In this document: positions 8,972 to 18,103 of the stretch, piece by piece
Numbering within the stretch: position 1 is the first letter of the stretch
Layout: every line of letters starts with the position of its first letter
IMG/VR virus record: IMGVR_UViG_3300025652_000046
DNA length: 64,000 nt
DNA from: an uncultured virus (IMG/VR IMGVR_UViG_3300025652_000046)
Lineage: Duplodnaviria; Heunggongvirae; Uroviricota; Caudoviricetes
Direction: 5' to 3' (one strand)
The notes under the pieces: generated by a model
What the model was told of the DNA's origin: nothing
The model's input: only the letters and a program-made list of their open reading frames with translations
The model's database searches: none
Program-made: the position numbers and the translations under genes

Positions 8972-10984
8972 TTATCCTTGGCAATTTAGACAATCATCAT
9001 CGTCTTCTTCGTCTGTTAGCTTAAACATTACTTCGTCAAGTACATTAAGGTGTGTGTCTAAGTCGGAGTATCCTCCTATGTATTGTCCATCAAGATAAAT
9101 TTGAGGAACAGTATTAACTTCTTTTCTTCCAGTTACTTGAGCAGCAGTCTTACCTAACTCTTGTAGATTGACATACTCATAAGGTATCCCTTTTGTTTCC
9201 AATAATGCTTTTGCTTTATCACAGAAAGGGCAACCAGGTTTACCGTAGATTACATTAGTAGCATCATCCGCTAAAGCGTGTCGCTCTACTGATTCCCCTA
9301 CTTTGTCGCCAGTACGACCCGCAGTTGTTCTTAGGTAATACAAACCTTTTAACTTCTTCTGCCAAGCAGTGTAGTGTACCATGTTTACTACCTTCTTAGT
9401 AGTTCCCGCAGGAAAGAAAACATTAACACTTTGTCCTTGGCATATAGAGGGTTGTCTATCCGCTGCGTGTTCAACAACCCAAAGCTGATCTAACTCAAAG
9501 CTGGTCTTAAACACTTTTCTGTGGTGGTCTGACATAAAGTCCAGATGCTGTACAGAACCATCCTTCTTCATAATAGAATCCCAGGTATCATCGTTGTCTT
9601 TACCGTAAGAAGCTAATACGGGTTTAAGATACTGGTTTTTAACAACATCCGCACCTGCTCTCGTACGATGTACAAAACAGTTAGATTTGAGAGGTTCTAT
9701 AGACGCTGTAGCATTACATAGTATAGAGCTGTTAGCATTAGGAGCAATCGCAAACAAGTGAGTATTACGAACACCATAACCTTTGGCATCCGGGGCTTCT
9801 CCTCTTTCCAGTGCTAATACACGAGTCTGTTCTTTCCCTTGCTCTGCCATCTTCCTAAAGATAAATCTATTATAAGTACAAGCCTTTTCACTTTCCCAAG
9901 CAATGTTCTCTTTCATTAGTAAGCCGTGGAAACCCATAGCACCTATACCAATACTACGCTCGCGTTCAGCAGAGTACCGAGCTCGTTCCATAGCATCCGG
10001 TGCGTTTTCTATGAATACCTCTAACACATTATCTAAGAATGTCACCAGATCCGCAATCATCTTAGTGTCTGTCCACTCAGCGAAAAGCTCTAAGTTAACA
10101 GAAGATAGACAACATACAGCAGTACGGTCAGCGTTGGTCGCTAAATGTATCTCATTACACAAATTAGAGCCGTTAATACTTAAGCCTAAATCTTTCTGGT
10201 ATTGAGGTAGCTGCTCATTAGCGGTATCAATGAAGTTTAGATAAGGACTACCTGTACGGAAACGAGCATCTAATATACGTTGCCATATGTCAAGCGCCTT
10301 TACAGTATCTACAACTATCCCTTTAGCTGGGCATATCAAGTCCCAATCTCCATCTACGCGTACTGCCTCCATAAAGGAATCAGAGAGATTAACCCCGTTA
10401 AACAAGTTGAAACACTTACGGTTGGTATCTCCTCCTGTTGGTAGTTTGAAGTTAATAAACTCTATGATTTCAGGATGCGAAACACCCAAGTAAGCAGCAT
10501 AAGAGCCTTTACGAGTCTTACCTTGCTTATACGCTGTCATCTGTGAATCATTAACTTTCATCATAGGTAGTACGCCAGTAGACTTATCCGTAATACCTCT
10601 TACATCTTGCCAGTGTCCGCCTACCCCGCCACCTTTAACAGAAAGCCAAGCGGTCTCTGCGTGGTGATTTATTAATCCATCTACCGTGTCTGGTACATAG
10701 GTTAAGAAGCAGCTAATAGGTAAACCAGTTGGTTTCTTTCCTGGCTTAGCTGCGTTACTTAGTACTGGGGAAGAAAACATAAACCAACCCTTTGATACGT
10801 ACTCGTAAATACGTTGAGCTAAGCCCAAGTCTCCTGCACAGTAAGCCACGGATGCTCTCGCAAACGACTCTTGTGGGCTTACTTCGCCTTCTTCTAAATA
10901 GAATTCTTTGAGAAGCTTAAGTGACTGCTCTGACAATCTTTCATCTCTTTTTAGTTCTACATCTATTCCGTACGCTTTTATCAT
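8972..10984 (-). CDS. nrdA: Ribonucleotide reductase class Ia alpha subunit (no ATP cone) with fused glutaredoxin domain
   Basis: FSSPVL, PISCF, KGGGVG, GSNLCNEI, VCCLSS, APNANSS, CQGQS, LYYLR; then YGKPGCPFC..TVPQIYLDGQYIGGYSD (Grx) and terminal CLNCQG. Confidence 0.95.
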   Translation of the reverse strand: MIKAYGIDVELKRDERLSEQSLKLLKEFYLEEGEVSPQESFARASVAYCAGDLGLAQRIYEYVSKGWFMFSSPVLSNAAKPGKKPTGLPISCFLTYVPDTVDGLINHHAETAWLSVKGGGVGGHWQDVRGITDKSTGVLPMMKVNDSQMTAYKQGKTRKGSYAAYLGVSHPEIIEFINFKLPTGGDTNRKCFNLFNGVNLSDSFMEAVRVDGDWDLICPAKGIVVDTVKALDIWQRILDARFRTGSPYLNFIDTANEQLPQYQKDLGLSINGSNLCNEIHLATNADRTAVCCLSSVNLELFAEWTDTKMIADLVTFLDNVLEVFIENAPDAMERARYSAERERSIGIGAMGFHGLLMKENIAWESEKACTYNRFIFRKMAEQGKEQTRVLALERGEAPDAKGYGVRNTHLFAIAPNANSSILCNATASIEPLKSNCFVHRTRAGADVVKNQYLKPVLASYGKDNDDTWDSIMKKDGSVQHLDFMSDHHRKVFKTSFELDQLWVVEHAADRQPSICQGQSVNVFFPAGTTKKVVNMVHYTAWQKKLKGLYYLRTTAGRTGDKVGESVERHALADDATNVIYGKPGCPFCDKAKALLETKGIPYEYVNLQELGKTAAQVTGRKEVNTVPQIYLDGQYIGGYSDLDTHLNVLDEVMFKLTDEEDDDDCLNCQG

Positions 10985-11460
10985 TCTTTTTCCTCAAAGT
11001 ATTTATATAAAGTAATTCCACTGCTGAGAATTAACTCAGTAGCTTTATTACCCTTGTAGTCTCTTTTGAAAACTATAGTTTTAATTCCTGCTTGTATTAG
11101 GGATAAAGCACAACTCATACAAGGGAACAAGGTACAGTATACCGTTGCTCCTTCCCCTGACTGAGTTGATTTGGCTAATTTAGCAATTGCATTTTGTTCG
11201 GCATGAACAACCGTGTCCAAGCAATGACCGCTACTACAGCGCATATCATTGTTTGAACCCGTTGCCGTACCATTGTAGCCATACGATAATATATTACGGT
11301 CTTTAGAGATCACAGCACCAACTTTGGTTTTATAATCGTGGCTTTCAAGGGCCGACCGTTCCGCAATATCCATCATAAAGGCTACTTCTTTTTCGTCACT
11401 ACCACCCCAAGCAACATATACTACAGTAGGACCATCAGACTCAATTGCCTTCTGTATCAC
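10981..11460 (-). CDS. dCMP deaminase
   Basis: KVGAVI, GYNG, HAEQNA, PCMSC zinc motifs. Confidence 0.92.
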   Translation of the reverse strand: MIQKAIESDGPTVVYVAWGGSDEKEVAFMMDIAERSALESHDYKTKVGAVISKDRNILSYGYNGTATGSNNDMRCSSGHCLDTVVHAEQNAIAKLAKSTQSGEGATVYCTLFPCMSCALSLIQAGIKTIVFKRDYKGNKATELILSSGITLYKYFEEKE

Positions 11461-13172
11461 AAGTGGTAACCTACTGTCTTCTCTTCTGTAATCACTTCAC
11501 CTAGAGTTAATTTCTTAAGCTCTATCTCGCTATTCAACAACTCACGTACTCTCTTTACCGTTAGCTTGGCTACATCAAACTGAGCAGCCTCTTTAACAGC
11601 GCGAAAATCGCCAGGAGTCAAGTAAGGTATGAAACCTAGCTTACTACGCTTCAGTTTAGGGAAGTATAATTGGAAAGCTGTTTCAATTTGATCTTCCTCA
11701 AGGAATTCAAACTTAACCTTTAAGAACAAGCGGCGAAGTACTGCGGGGTCCAAACCATCCATGAAGTTTGATGTGGCTAGGAAGATACCTTTAAATTCAT
11801 CCAACTCAGTTAATAGTTGATTAACAAAGGTTTTCTGGTAGTTCTTATCCGCATTCTTACGATTACCCGCAATTGAATCTAACTCATCAATCAACAAGAT
11901 AGCTCCTTCCGCTTCAGCTTCAGCAAACGCTTCAGACAGCTGCTTCTCACCCTCACCAACATACATACTCTGTAGCTCCGCGTAGGTCTTCTTGAGAACA
12001 GGGCGGCCTAATTGGTCACCAATGTAATCAGCTAACATAGATTTACCTGAGCCTGGCACACCGTAGAACAAACCCGTTACTAGAGAAGGTCGTTCATCTT
12101 CTGGCTTAGATAACACACCTTTGATCTGTTCAACTAGTTCTTGAGCAGGGCGGTCAATGTTAACTAAAGACAAATCGTACTGTTTAAACTCTTTCTTATT
12201 AGAAAATTTAGCATGTATAGCAGTCATGTCCACCTTTATATCCTTGCCAAATAGTAAAGAGTCAGGTGTAACACAAATACCCTCCGCCTTGTTAGCAAGT
12301 TCATTTAGTGCTGCAATCTGAGATGCCATGTACTTAGTTTCAGTCACAGAGAACTGGATAGGTTCAACGTGCAGAGCAACTCCTGGCAGGTTTACACCTG
12401 TAAATGTTACCGTTACGGCCTTACCTTCTGCCCAATCTCTCTCGGTTGCTGCGTCTTCTGCTGAAGCGATACCTGATAACAGGTCAGCTATAAAAGACAC
12501 GTTGTCAGTCTGCTCACTATCCGCTGCACCTGCCAAGCCTTTGAGGTATGTGCTGTAGTTACCTAGTTCTTTAGCAAACCAACCAGACAGTGCGTTAGTT
12601 CTATTCATGTAGGAGTAGCTCTTACTATCTTCTAAACAAGCCTCCGCATTTTTCTTGCGCTTACTGTATATACCGTAAGTTTCAGCCACACCCCCTGAGG
12701 AGTTACGTAACATACCATGTCGTTGTATCATCAAGCTTTTAATCCAAGCACCGTTTAAAAAGTCTTGTACTAGTTTTGTCGCATCATTTGTAGGCATAAT
12801 TGCTCCAGTTGCTTTGCTATTACATGTAAGGAAATCGGCATCTTGCATATCTTGGGCTAACCCGCGAACATGCGTAACCAATGAGCTTACGGTTTTATGC
12901 GCTTTCTTATCCAGCTTAGATAACTCAGTATAGTTAAGGCTATCTTCTAGCGCATCGTAACACGCAAATAACATATCCGTAGTTATTTCACAGTTCATCA
13001 TTGGTTCTAGTATTTCTTCAGGGAAAGCTTCCTTAGCTTCCTCCATATAAAGATCCTTCAAAAGGTCGTAAGCAGCTTGCAATTTCCCTTTTCTAAGGTC
13101 AACTGTGGTATAAGTGTAGCATAAGGCAACGTATAAAGCGCCTAGGTCTTTTACAATGTTATCATTACTCAT
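11457..13172 (-). CDS. AAA+ ATPase with long uncharacterised N-terminal region
   Basis: FYGVPGSGKS, SMYVGEGEK, LLIDELD, LDPAVLRR. Confidence 0.88.
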   Translation of the reverse strand: MSNDNIVKDLGALYVALCYTYTTVDLRKGKLQAAYDLLKDLYMEEAKEAFPEEILEPMMNCEITTDMLFACYDALEDSLNYTELSKLDKKAHKTVSSLVTHVRGLAQDMQDADFLTCNSKATGAIMPTNDATKLVQDFLNGAWIKSLMIQRHGMLRNSSGGVAETYGIYSKRKKNAEACLEDSKSYSYMNRTNALSGWFAKELGNYSTYLKGLAGAADSEQTDNVSFIADLLSGIASAEDAATERDWAEGKAVTVTFTGVNLPGVALHVEPIQFSVTETKYMASQIAALNELANKAEGICVTPDSLLFGKDIKVDMTAIHAKFSNKKEFKQYDLSLVNIDRPAQELVEQIKGVLSKPEDERPSLVTGLFYGVPGSGKSMLADYIGDQLGRPVLKKTYAELQSMYVGEGEKQLSEAFAEAEAEGAILLIDELDSIAGNRKNADKNYQKTFVNQLLTELDEFKGIFLATSNFMDGLDPAVLRRLFLKVKFEFLEEDQIETAFQLYFPKLKRSKLGFIPYLTPGDFRAVKEAAQFDVAKLTVKRVRELLNSEIELKKLTLGEVITEEKTVGYHL

Positions 13173-13182
13173 AGTTTCTTCC

Positions 13183-14835
13183 TTATAATTGAGGTTCTTC
13201 ATCAAATTCGTGATTTATGTATTCTAATCTGCCTGTGTCCGTATTATACAAAGCGCCACCTGCATCGCCTGTTCTCCCAGTAAAACGAGACTTTAACACT
13301 CTCACTTTAATCGTGTTGCGTTCTATCAATGATGTAGCAATCATGTTTCTAGCAAATGCAATTATCTGGAAGCTAATTTGTTTGATAGAGCCAGAACCCT
13401 TTATATCATCCATAGATGGTAGTTTTCCTTCTTCAAAGGATTTACCTTGTAACCCTGTCTTACGTAAATGCGAGATTACCCCAAACCAGACATTGTGTTT
13501 CTTAGCGGTTTTTAGTATATCCGACATAACTTTATCGGTAGCGGCGTTAGTGTCGCCAGCATCAGACTCTGATACCGCAATAGTTAAATGGTCAAGTATC
13601 AGGTACTTACAACCCATTAGGCATAAGGTCTCTACTTTATCCATTAAAGAGTCATCTGATACGGAGCCTTGGTGGTCAAGTAGCTTTACCCTCTTGTCCC
13701 CAAACACTTCCTCGAAGGCAGCTTTCTCCTCCTCCAGAGTAACTTCGCAGTCCGTTAAGTTCTTCTTCAGGTGCATCCCTATGAACTTCTCCACCGTGTC
13801 GCCCGGACTCTCTTCCAACGAGATAATACCAATAGAGTCTTCGGTTGTTTCTTTTAGAGATAGTATTATTTCCTTAATTATTGTGGACTTACCGGAGCCT
13901 GTGCCAGAGGTGAATAAGTCTACCTCACCAAACCTCATACCTTTTGTTTTTTCATTTACGCCTGCCAAACAAAGAGGGTAAGGGATCGACTCAGTAGCTT
14001 GTCTCTCTAAGAACTTATCCCAGAGGTCATTACCTTGTAAGATACCCACAGGAGACCACGGTTGTGCATCCCAGATGGCCTCAATGATACTCATGTGTCC
14101 ATACTTAATTAGAGAATCATTAGCATCTTTGGTCTTTAGCTTAGCGATACGTGCTTTGTCTACTCCGATAATCTTACAGGCTTCAGCTTGCGCTTTCTGC
14201 CCTGCTTCATCATTATCGAGCATCAACACTACTTCGTCAAATCTACGTACCCAGTCTCTTTGCTCCAGTAGTTGTTTCAAACCACTTGCGCTAGGTATAG
14301 ATACTACGGGGTATATCTTTCCGTTATGGCGTTGATGGTAAGCATACGCTACAGAAAGAGCATCAAGCTCTCCTTCTACTATAATTAATCGCTTACCACC
14401 GTTGAACAACTGTTGTCCGAATAGACCCTCAATGGTACCTATAGAACGAAATTCTTTAGGTAGTTTACGAATTTTATAACCTACTGTTCTGTCTACACCA
14501 TAAGGGTAGTAGTGTTCAGTAATGTTACCGTGTTGGTCTTGTCCTGCTTTCACACCGAAGAAGTCGGCGATAGCTTTAGGTATATTACGCTCTTTGAATC
14601 CCCTAACCGGGTAATCCGCAATAGCATCAATGTTCACTGTCTTAGTAAACACGTCTTTTACAAATGCTGTCTGCTCTGGCAATCTCTGTACTCCTTTCTT
14701 TTCCCATTGGTATGATTTCTCACACACAAAACATTTACCCCAGCCGTCATCATACGCACCGTAGCCATCGCTGGAGCCACACTTCTCGCAAGGTTGGTGC
14801 CCTACGAAATTAGCCTTAATCCGTTGTTTTGCCAT
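13183..14835 (-). CDS. T7 gp4-like DNA primase-helicase
   Basis: Zn finger C..C/C..C, TOPRIM VEGELDA and LDNDEAG, SF4 helicase SGTGSGKST, ILDH, SHLRK, GSGSIKQ, KSRFTG. Confidence 0.96.
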   Translation of the reverse strand: MAKQRIKANFVGHQPCEKCGSSDGYGAYDDGWGKCFVCEKSYQWEKKGVQRLPEQTAFVKDVFTKTVNIDAIADYPVRGFKERNIPKAIADFFGVKAGQDQHGNITEHYYPYGVDRTVGYKIRKLPKEFRSIGTIEGLFGQQLFNGGKRLIIVEGELDALSVAYAYHQRHNGKIYPVVSIPSASGLKQLLEQRDWVRRFDEVVLMLDNDEAGQKAQAEACKIIGVDKARIAKLKTKDANDSLIKYGHMSIIEAIWDAQPWSPVGILQGNDLWDKFLERQATESIPYPLCLAGVNEKTKGMRFGEVDLFTSGTGSGKSTIIKEIILSLKETTEDSIGIISLEESPGDTVEKFIGMHLKKNLTDCEVTLEEEKAAFEEVFGDKRVKLLDHQGSVSDDSLMDKVETLCLMGCKYLILDHLTIAVSESDAGDTNAATDKVMSDILKTAKKHNVWFGVISHLRKTGLQGKSFEEGKLPSMDDIKGSGSIKQISFQIIAFARNMIATSLIERNTIKVRVLKSRFTGRTGDAGGALYNTDTGRLEYINHEFDEEPQL

Positions 14836-15016
14836 AGTTTACTTTCCTCTTAGGTAGCAGTACCATGCTCATCCAAGTAGTTGTTGCGACACCTGCAAGA
14901 AACATTTCAGTAGGGTCTAAGGGTATTTCTGTCATTAGACTATTTAGCACTGTAATGACAGTGTAACCCATCGCAACTAATACAAATAAAACAAATATTA
15001 ATCTAAGTAATAACAT
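14816..15016 (-). CDS. Small membrane protein
   Basis: two hydrophobic segments. Confidence 0.55.
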   Translation of the reverse strand: MLLLRLIFVLFVLVAMGYTVITVLNSLMTEIPLDPTEMFLAGVATTTWMSMVLLPKRKVNYGKTTD

Positions 15017-15518
15017 TTTCTTTTCTCCTAGTACGAATTAATCTTTGCGCTTTAGCAAAGGAACTTAACATAGTATCGTGCTGCTCAAAGTCCAACTTTG
15101 GAATGAATCTAATAGCAGCTACTTGGTTGTTGTACCACCTACGCTCCCCGTCTCCATCACGGTCTGTGATAGATTGCAAAGCCATTTGTAGCCATGCTTC
15201 AGTGTAGTTACACCAAGCACGAGTTTTAAACATCCCTAACATAATGAACTCTAGCTCATCACCTTTTACCGCATCCGCTTTTACGTGTACAGAGGAAGTA
15301 GCATAACTTCTCCACAGGGCTTTACCTGTTTTAATATGAGTGTTCTTCTTATAAGACCACACTTGCTTCTTACCTATGTAGAACTTGTTACGGGTTTTAT
15401 TGACAACTAAATACACAAAACCAAAGCAATCAGCAAGATTAACGTCATCTCCTTTGTATTTCCAGTGACCTAAGTCAGTTTTCAAGTGTTCCTTTTTCGC
15501 TATAAATTTAGAACTCAT
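15003..15518 (-). CDS. GIY-YIG-like nuclease
   Basis: FGFVYLVVN...FYIGKK, W..Y.TSS, YN..V pattern. Confidence 0.65.
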   Translation of the reverse strand: MSSKFIAKKEHLKTDLGHWKYKGDDVNLADCFGFVYLVVNKTRNKFYIGKKQVWSYKKNTHIKTGKALWRSYATSSVHVKADAVKGDELEFIMLGMFKTRAWCNYTEAWLQMALQSITDRDGDGERRWYNNQVAAIRFIPKLDFEQHDTMLSSFAKAQRLIRTRRKENVIT

Positions 15519-16257
15519 CACCCGCTTCCTCTTCCTGTTTAAGTTGGGTAGGGGTAGCACCATCTATAGTAAACCAATCATCTCTCGTTCGTAGGATGTG
15601 GATCAAAACTCCATTGTGCATAACCTCTGTTTCCCAAGTGTCTCCGTATACTTCATAGTATTTGTCTACTACTCTCTGGCATCTCTCTTCATGGGTGGTA
15701 GCACCTTCTAGTATACCCGCAGCCTTCTTAGGCCCGATACCTTTGATACCTCTTATGTTATCTACGCTGTCACCAGTGAGTACCTGTGTCCAGTAATGTG
15801 TATTCGCTGTTTCTTCATCTACATGAATCAGCTTGTCATGGTGTATTAAATAGTGGTGACTGACAATACACTGTAAATCTTTATCCACAGTTGCAATAAC
15901 TGTAATGTTACCTTTTGCAGCTTCTTCTTCATGCCAAATACGTACGAGGTCATCCGCCTCCATACCTTCTGCTACTGTCACTAAGCCCTTCTTTACTAGT
16001 AAATCTCTCAGCTTAAAAAAGAAAGGATTGTTTGCCTTAGCTTTAATTCGACCAGGAGTGTTTTTATAGTCTGCAAAGAAATCCTTGCGGTAGTTAGTTG
16101 CGCTGTACACTGCTATCTTAATCTCATCACAGAATGTAGTGTTCTTAATGTCCTGTAGCCGTTCCTCCCAGGTTTCAAGGGCTTGTTTAAGTGATTTTTT
16201 GTTGTAAGCTGCCCGAAACATGAGGGGGTCAGCATCTAATAATAGAACTATTGCCAT
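15508..16257 (-). CDS. 5'-3' exonuclease (T7 gp6/FEN-like)
   Basis: LDAD, YKN, MEADD, DKDL, GDSVDNI.GIKGIGPKKA. Confidence 0.93.
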   Translation of the reverse strand: MAIVLLLDADPLMFRAAYNKKSLKQALETWEERLQDIKNTTFCDEIKIAVYSATNYRKDFFADYKNTPGRIKAKANNPFFFKLRDLLVKKGLVTVAEGMEADDLVRIWHEEEAAKGNITVIATVDKDLQCIVSHHYLIHHDKLIHVDEETANTHYWTQVLTGDSVDNIRGIKGIGPKKAAGILEGATTHEERCQRVVDKYYEVYGDTWETEVMHNGVLIHILRTRDDWFTIDGATPTQLKQEEEAGDEF

Positions 16258-16262
16258 ATTAT

Positions 16263-16427
16263 CTATTCCTCTAATGCAACGTTTATGGCCCTGTTCATGA
16301 AGCTAATAATAACTTCTAGGTACTCCGCTTCATCCATTTCGTAATTTTTTAATGCTACAGCAGCACCTACTAAATGTGCTTTCTCATATTCTGTCAATTC
16401 TATGTAGTTCTTAGTAACAAATTTCAT
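16263..16427 (-). CDS. Small hypothetical protein (54 aa, below ORF-track cutoff)
   Basis: read by hand, MKFVTKNYIEL...; GGAG RBS; fills the gap between genes. Confidence 0.5.
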   Translation of the reverse strand: MKFVTKNYIELTEYEKAHLVGAAVALKNYEMDEAEYLEVIISFMNRAINVALEE

Positions 16428-16445
16428 TTCATTTTCTCCGTTTAA

Positions 16446-17048
16446 TTAACTACCGTAGCCAAGATATATAGGGTCGAGACCATATGATAAAAAGTAGTCT
16501 TCTACTTTAGAATCCATTTGCTCTTCCCACAGGTCACAAGCTTCATCAAAGAGATCCACATTCTTAAAGTATTCTTCCTCAGGGTACTCCCCTGCTACCT
16601 CTTCAAATGTTGAGCTTTCCGTATTGTAATCTTCGTTTTTCACTGTGAGGTATCCTAAGAAATCCTGGGCTCTATCGCAGAACATTATATCTACTTTAAG
16701 ACCAGGGTTAGCCGCACACAACCTCCCTACAAACCCAGTAGGAGGTCCCCAAGCAGTGTCAAATATATGGCTGTAAACCCCGTGAGATTCTTCTTCTAAG
16801 GTGTCAGGTACTCCTTCTTCCTCTTCACCAGCAAAGGTAGGAACAGCTATATCCCACTTAGTACCCCACTCTTCCGAATTACAACTGGAAGGGTCGGTTT
16901 TCGGTATTAAATAACTAAAGAAACCATCATCCATCTCCTCCTCTGCTATCTTGATACCCATCTTAAGCAATACTAACTTCTTAGCAAAGTCTGTACTACG
17001 GGCATCGGTTATGTCGTAGACTATCTTGTTGGCGCACCAATTAGGCAT
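16446..17048 (-). CDS. DUF1281/YubB-like ferredoxin-fold protein
   Basis: MPNWC.N, WGTKWD, FDTAW.PP motifs. Confidence 0.8.
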   Translation of the reverse strand: MPNWCANKIVYDITDARSTDFAKKLVLLKMGIKIAEEEMDDGFFSYLIPKTDPSSCNSEEWGTKWDIAVPTFAGEEEEGVPDTLEEESHGVYSHIFDTAWGPPTGFVGRLCAANPGLKVDIMFCDRAQDFLGYLTVKNEDYNTESSTFEEVAGEYPEEEYFKNVDLFDEACDLWEEQMDSKVEDYFLSYGLDPIYLGYGS

Positions 17049-17643
17049 TTTGTACCCCTGTGTATATTGCATATATATCTTCTTTCTCCGTGTAAACACG
17101 ATAACCTTGTCTTTCGAGCAAGGCCGTCAACGCGAGGTCATCAATGTGCTTATGTTCTACTTTAATGAACGTAGGTTTAACTTGCCAAGAGTAAGCTTGT
17201 AGTATGGTCAACTCGTGACCCTCCGTGTCCATCTTCAGGTAGTCTAATTTACCGTGATTAAGGAAAGCGTAATGTTTGTTCATTAAGCTGTCCAAGGACA
17301 TACAGGGTACTTGTTGTATCTTGTTATATAACAAGTTAGCATTATTACCTAAAGTATACAAACAAGTACCTGTGTGGTTTGGATTAACTACCGTTCCTAC
17401 TCCGCGAGACCAATCATCATTAGCCTCCTTAGTAGTAGCAAAATCAATGAAACCGTTGTAGTCTGTTATTGCGACTTGCTCTGTCCGAATGTTGTAATCC
17501 GTTTTTAAACTGGTTAGAACAGATTCCATCAGGTGAGGGGTAGGCTCACACATAACCCCTTTCCATTTTCCCGAATTAGCGAAATCAGCACAAGTGTCAA
17601 AATCACAAGTACCAATCTCTACAAATGTTTTATAGTCTGGCAT
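17041..17643 (-). CDS. FkbM-family SAM-dependent methyltransferase
   Basis: FVEIG..D, W.G..CEP, DYLKMDTEGHE..IL, I.VEH. Confidence 0.85.
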   Translation of the reverse strand: MPDYKTFVEIGTCDFDTCADFANSGKWKGVMCEPTPHLMESVLTSLKTDYNIRTEQVAITDYNGFIDFATTKEANDDWSRGVGTVVNPNHTGTCLYTLGNNANLLYNKIQQVPCMSLDSLMNKHYAFLNHGKLDYLKMDTEGHELTILQAYSWQVKPTFIKVEHKHIDDLALTALLERQGYRVYTEKEDIYAIYTGVQNA

Positions 17644-17858
17644 TAGCCTTTCCCCTGTAAGGTTATAATCGTGGCTCTCATCTCTGCTCTGACAACAGCA
17701 GGGTTCCCTCCTTCTATAAAGTAAACCATATGGCGCTGCAGGGAAGCCCTTAATACTGCCATAGCTCTCTCACGTTTAGCAGAGGTGGTATGTCTCTTCT
17801 TATGCGCATCGCAATAATCCTGGATTAACTTATATGAACTTGCCCTAGAGCACTCCAT
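17643..17858 (-). CDS. Hypothetical protein
   Basis: stop/start overlaps with neighbours. Confidence 0.55.
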   Translation of the reverse strand: MECSRASSYKLIQDYCDAHKKRHTTSAKRERAMAVLRASLQRHMVYFIEGGNPAVVRAEMRATIITLQGKG

Positions 17859-18103
17859 TATTCGTCCCCCGTCATTATTTCCATCAGTAGCTGTTCAATT
17901 TTCTTTTCCATGTTGGTTACAGAGTACACAGGGGTATCTCCACTTAGATAGAACCCCACATGTGCCATTAAGGCACCAAGTACCATGGCGTTACCAGACG
18001 AGTGGCCGTAACGCTGCCTGTATGCCTCTACGTAATCGTTGACTAACTTATTTGCATCCAATATATCTTTAGACATAATTTTCTCCATTCTAGTGAGTGT
18101 CAA
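17858..18103 (-). CDS. Hypothetical protein
   Basis: overlaps end of the polymerase gene. Confidence 0.55.
   Translation of the reverse strand: MTLTRMEKIMSKDILDANKLVNDYVEAYRQRYGHSSGNAMVLGALMAHVGFYLSGDTPVYSVTNMEKKIEQLLMEIMTGDE

Noticed and set aside
13217..13981. 254-aa plus-strand ORF
   Set aside because: Antisense shadow of the primase-helicase; no motif or RBS support
15003..15518. GIY-YIG gene as a mobile intron or homing element
   Set aside because: Free-standing and overlapping its neighbours; no interrupted host gene or intron structure visible
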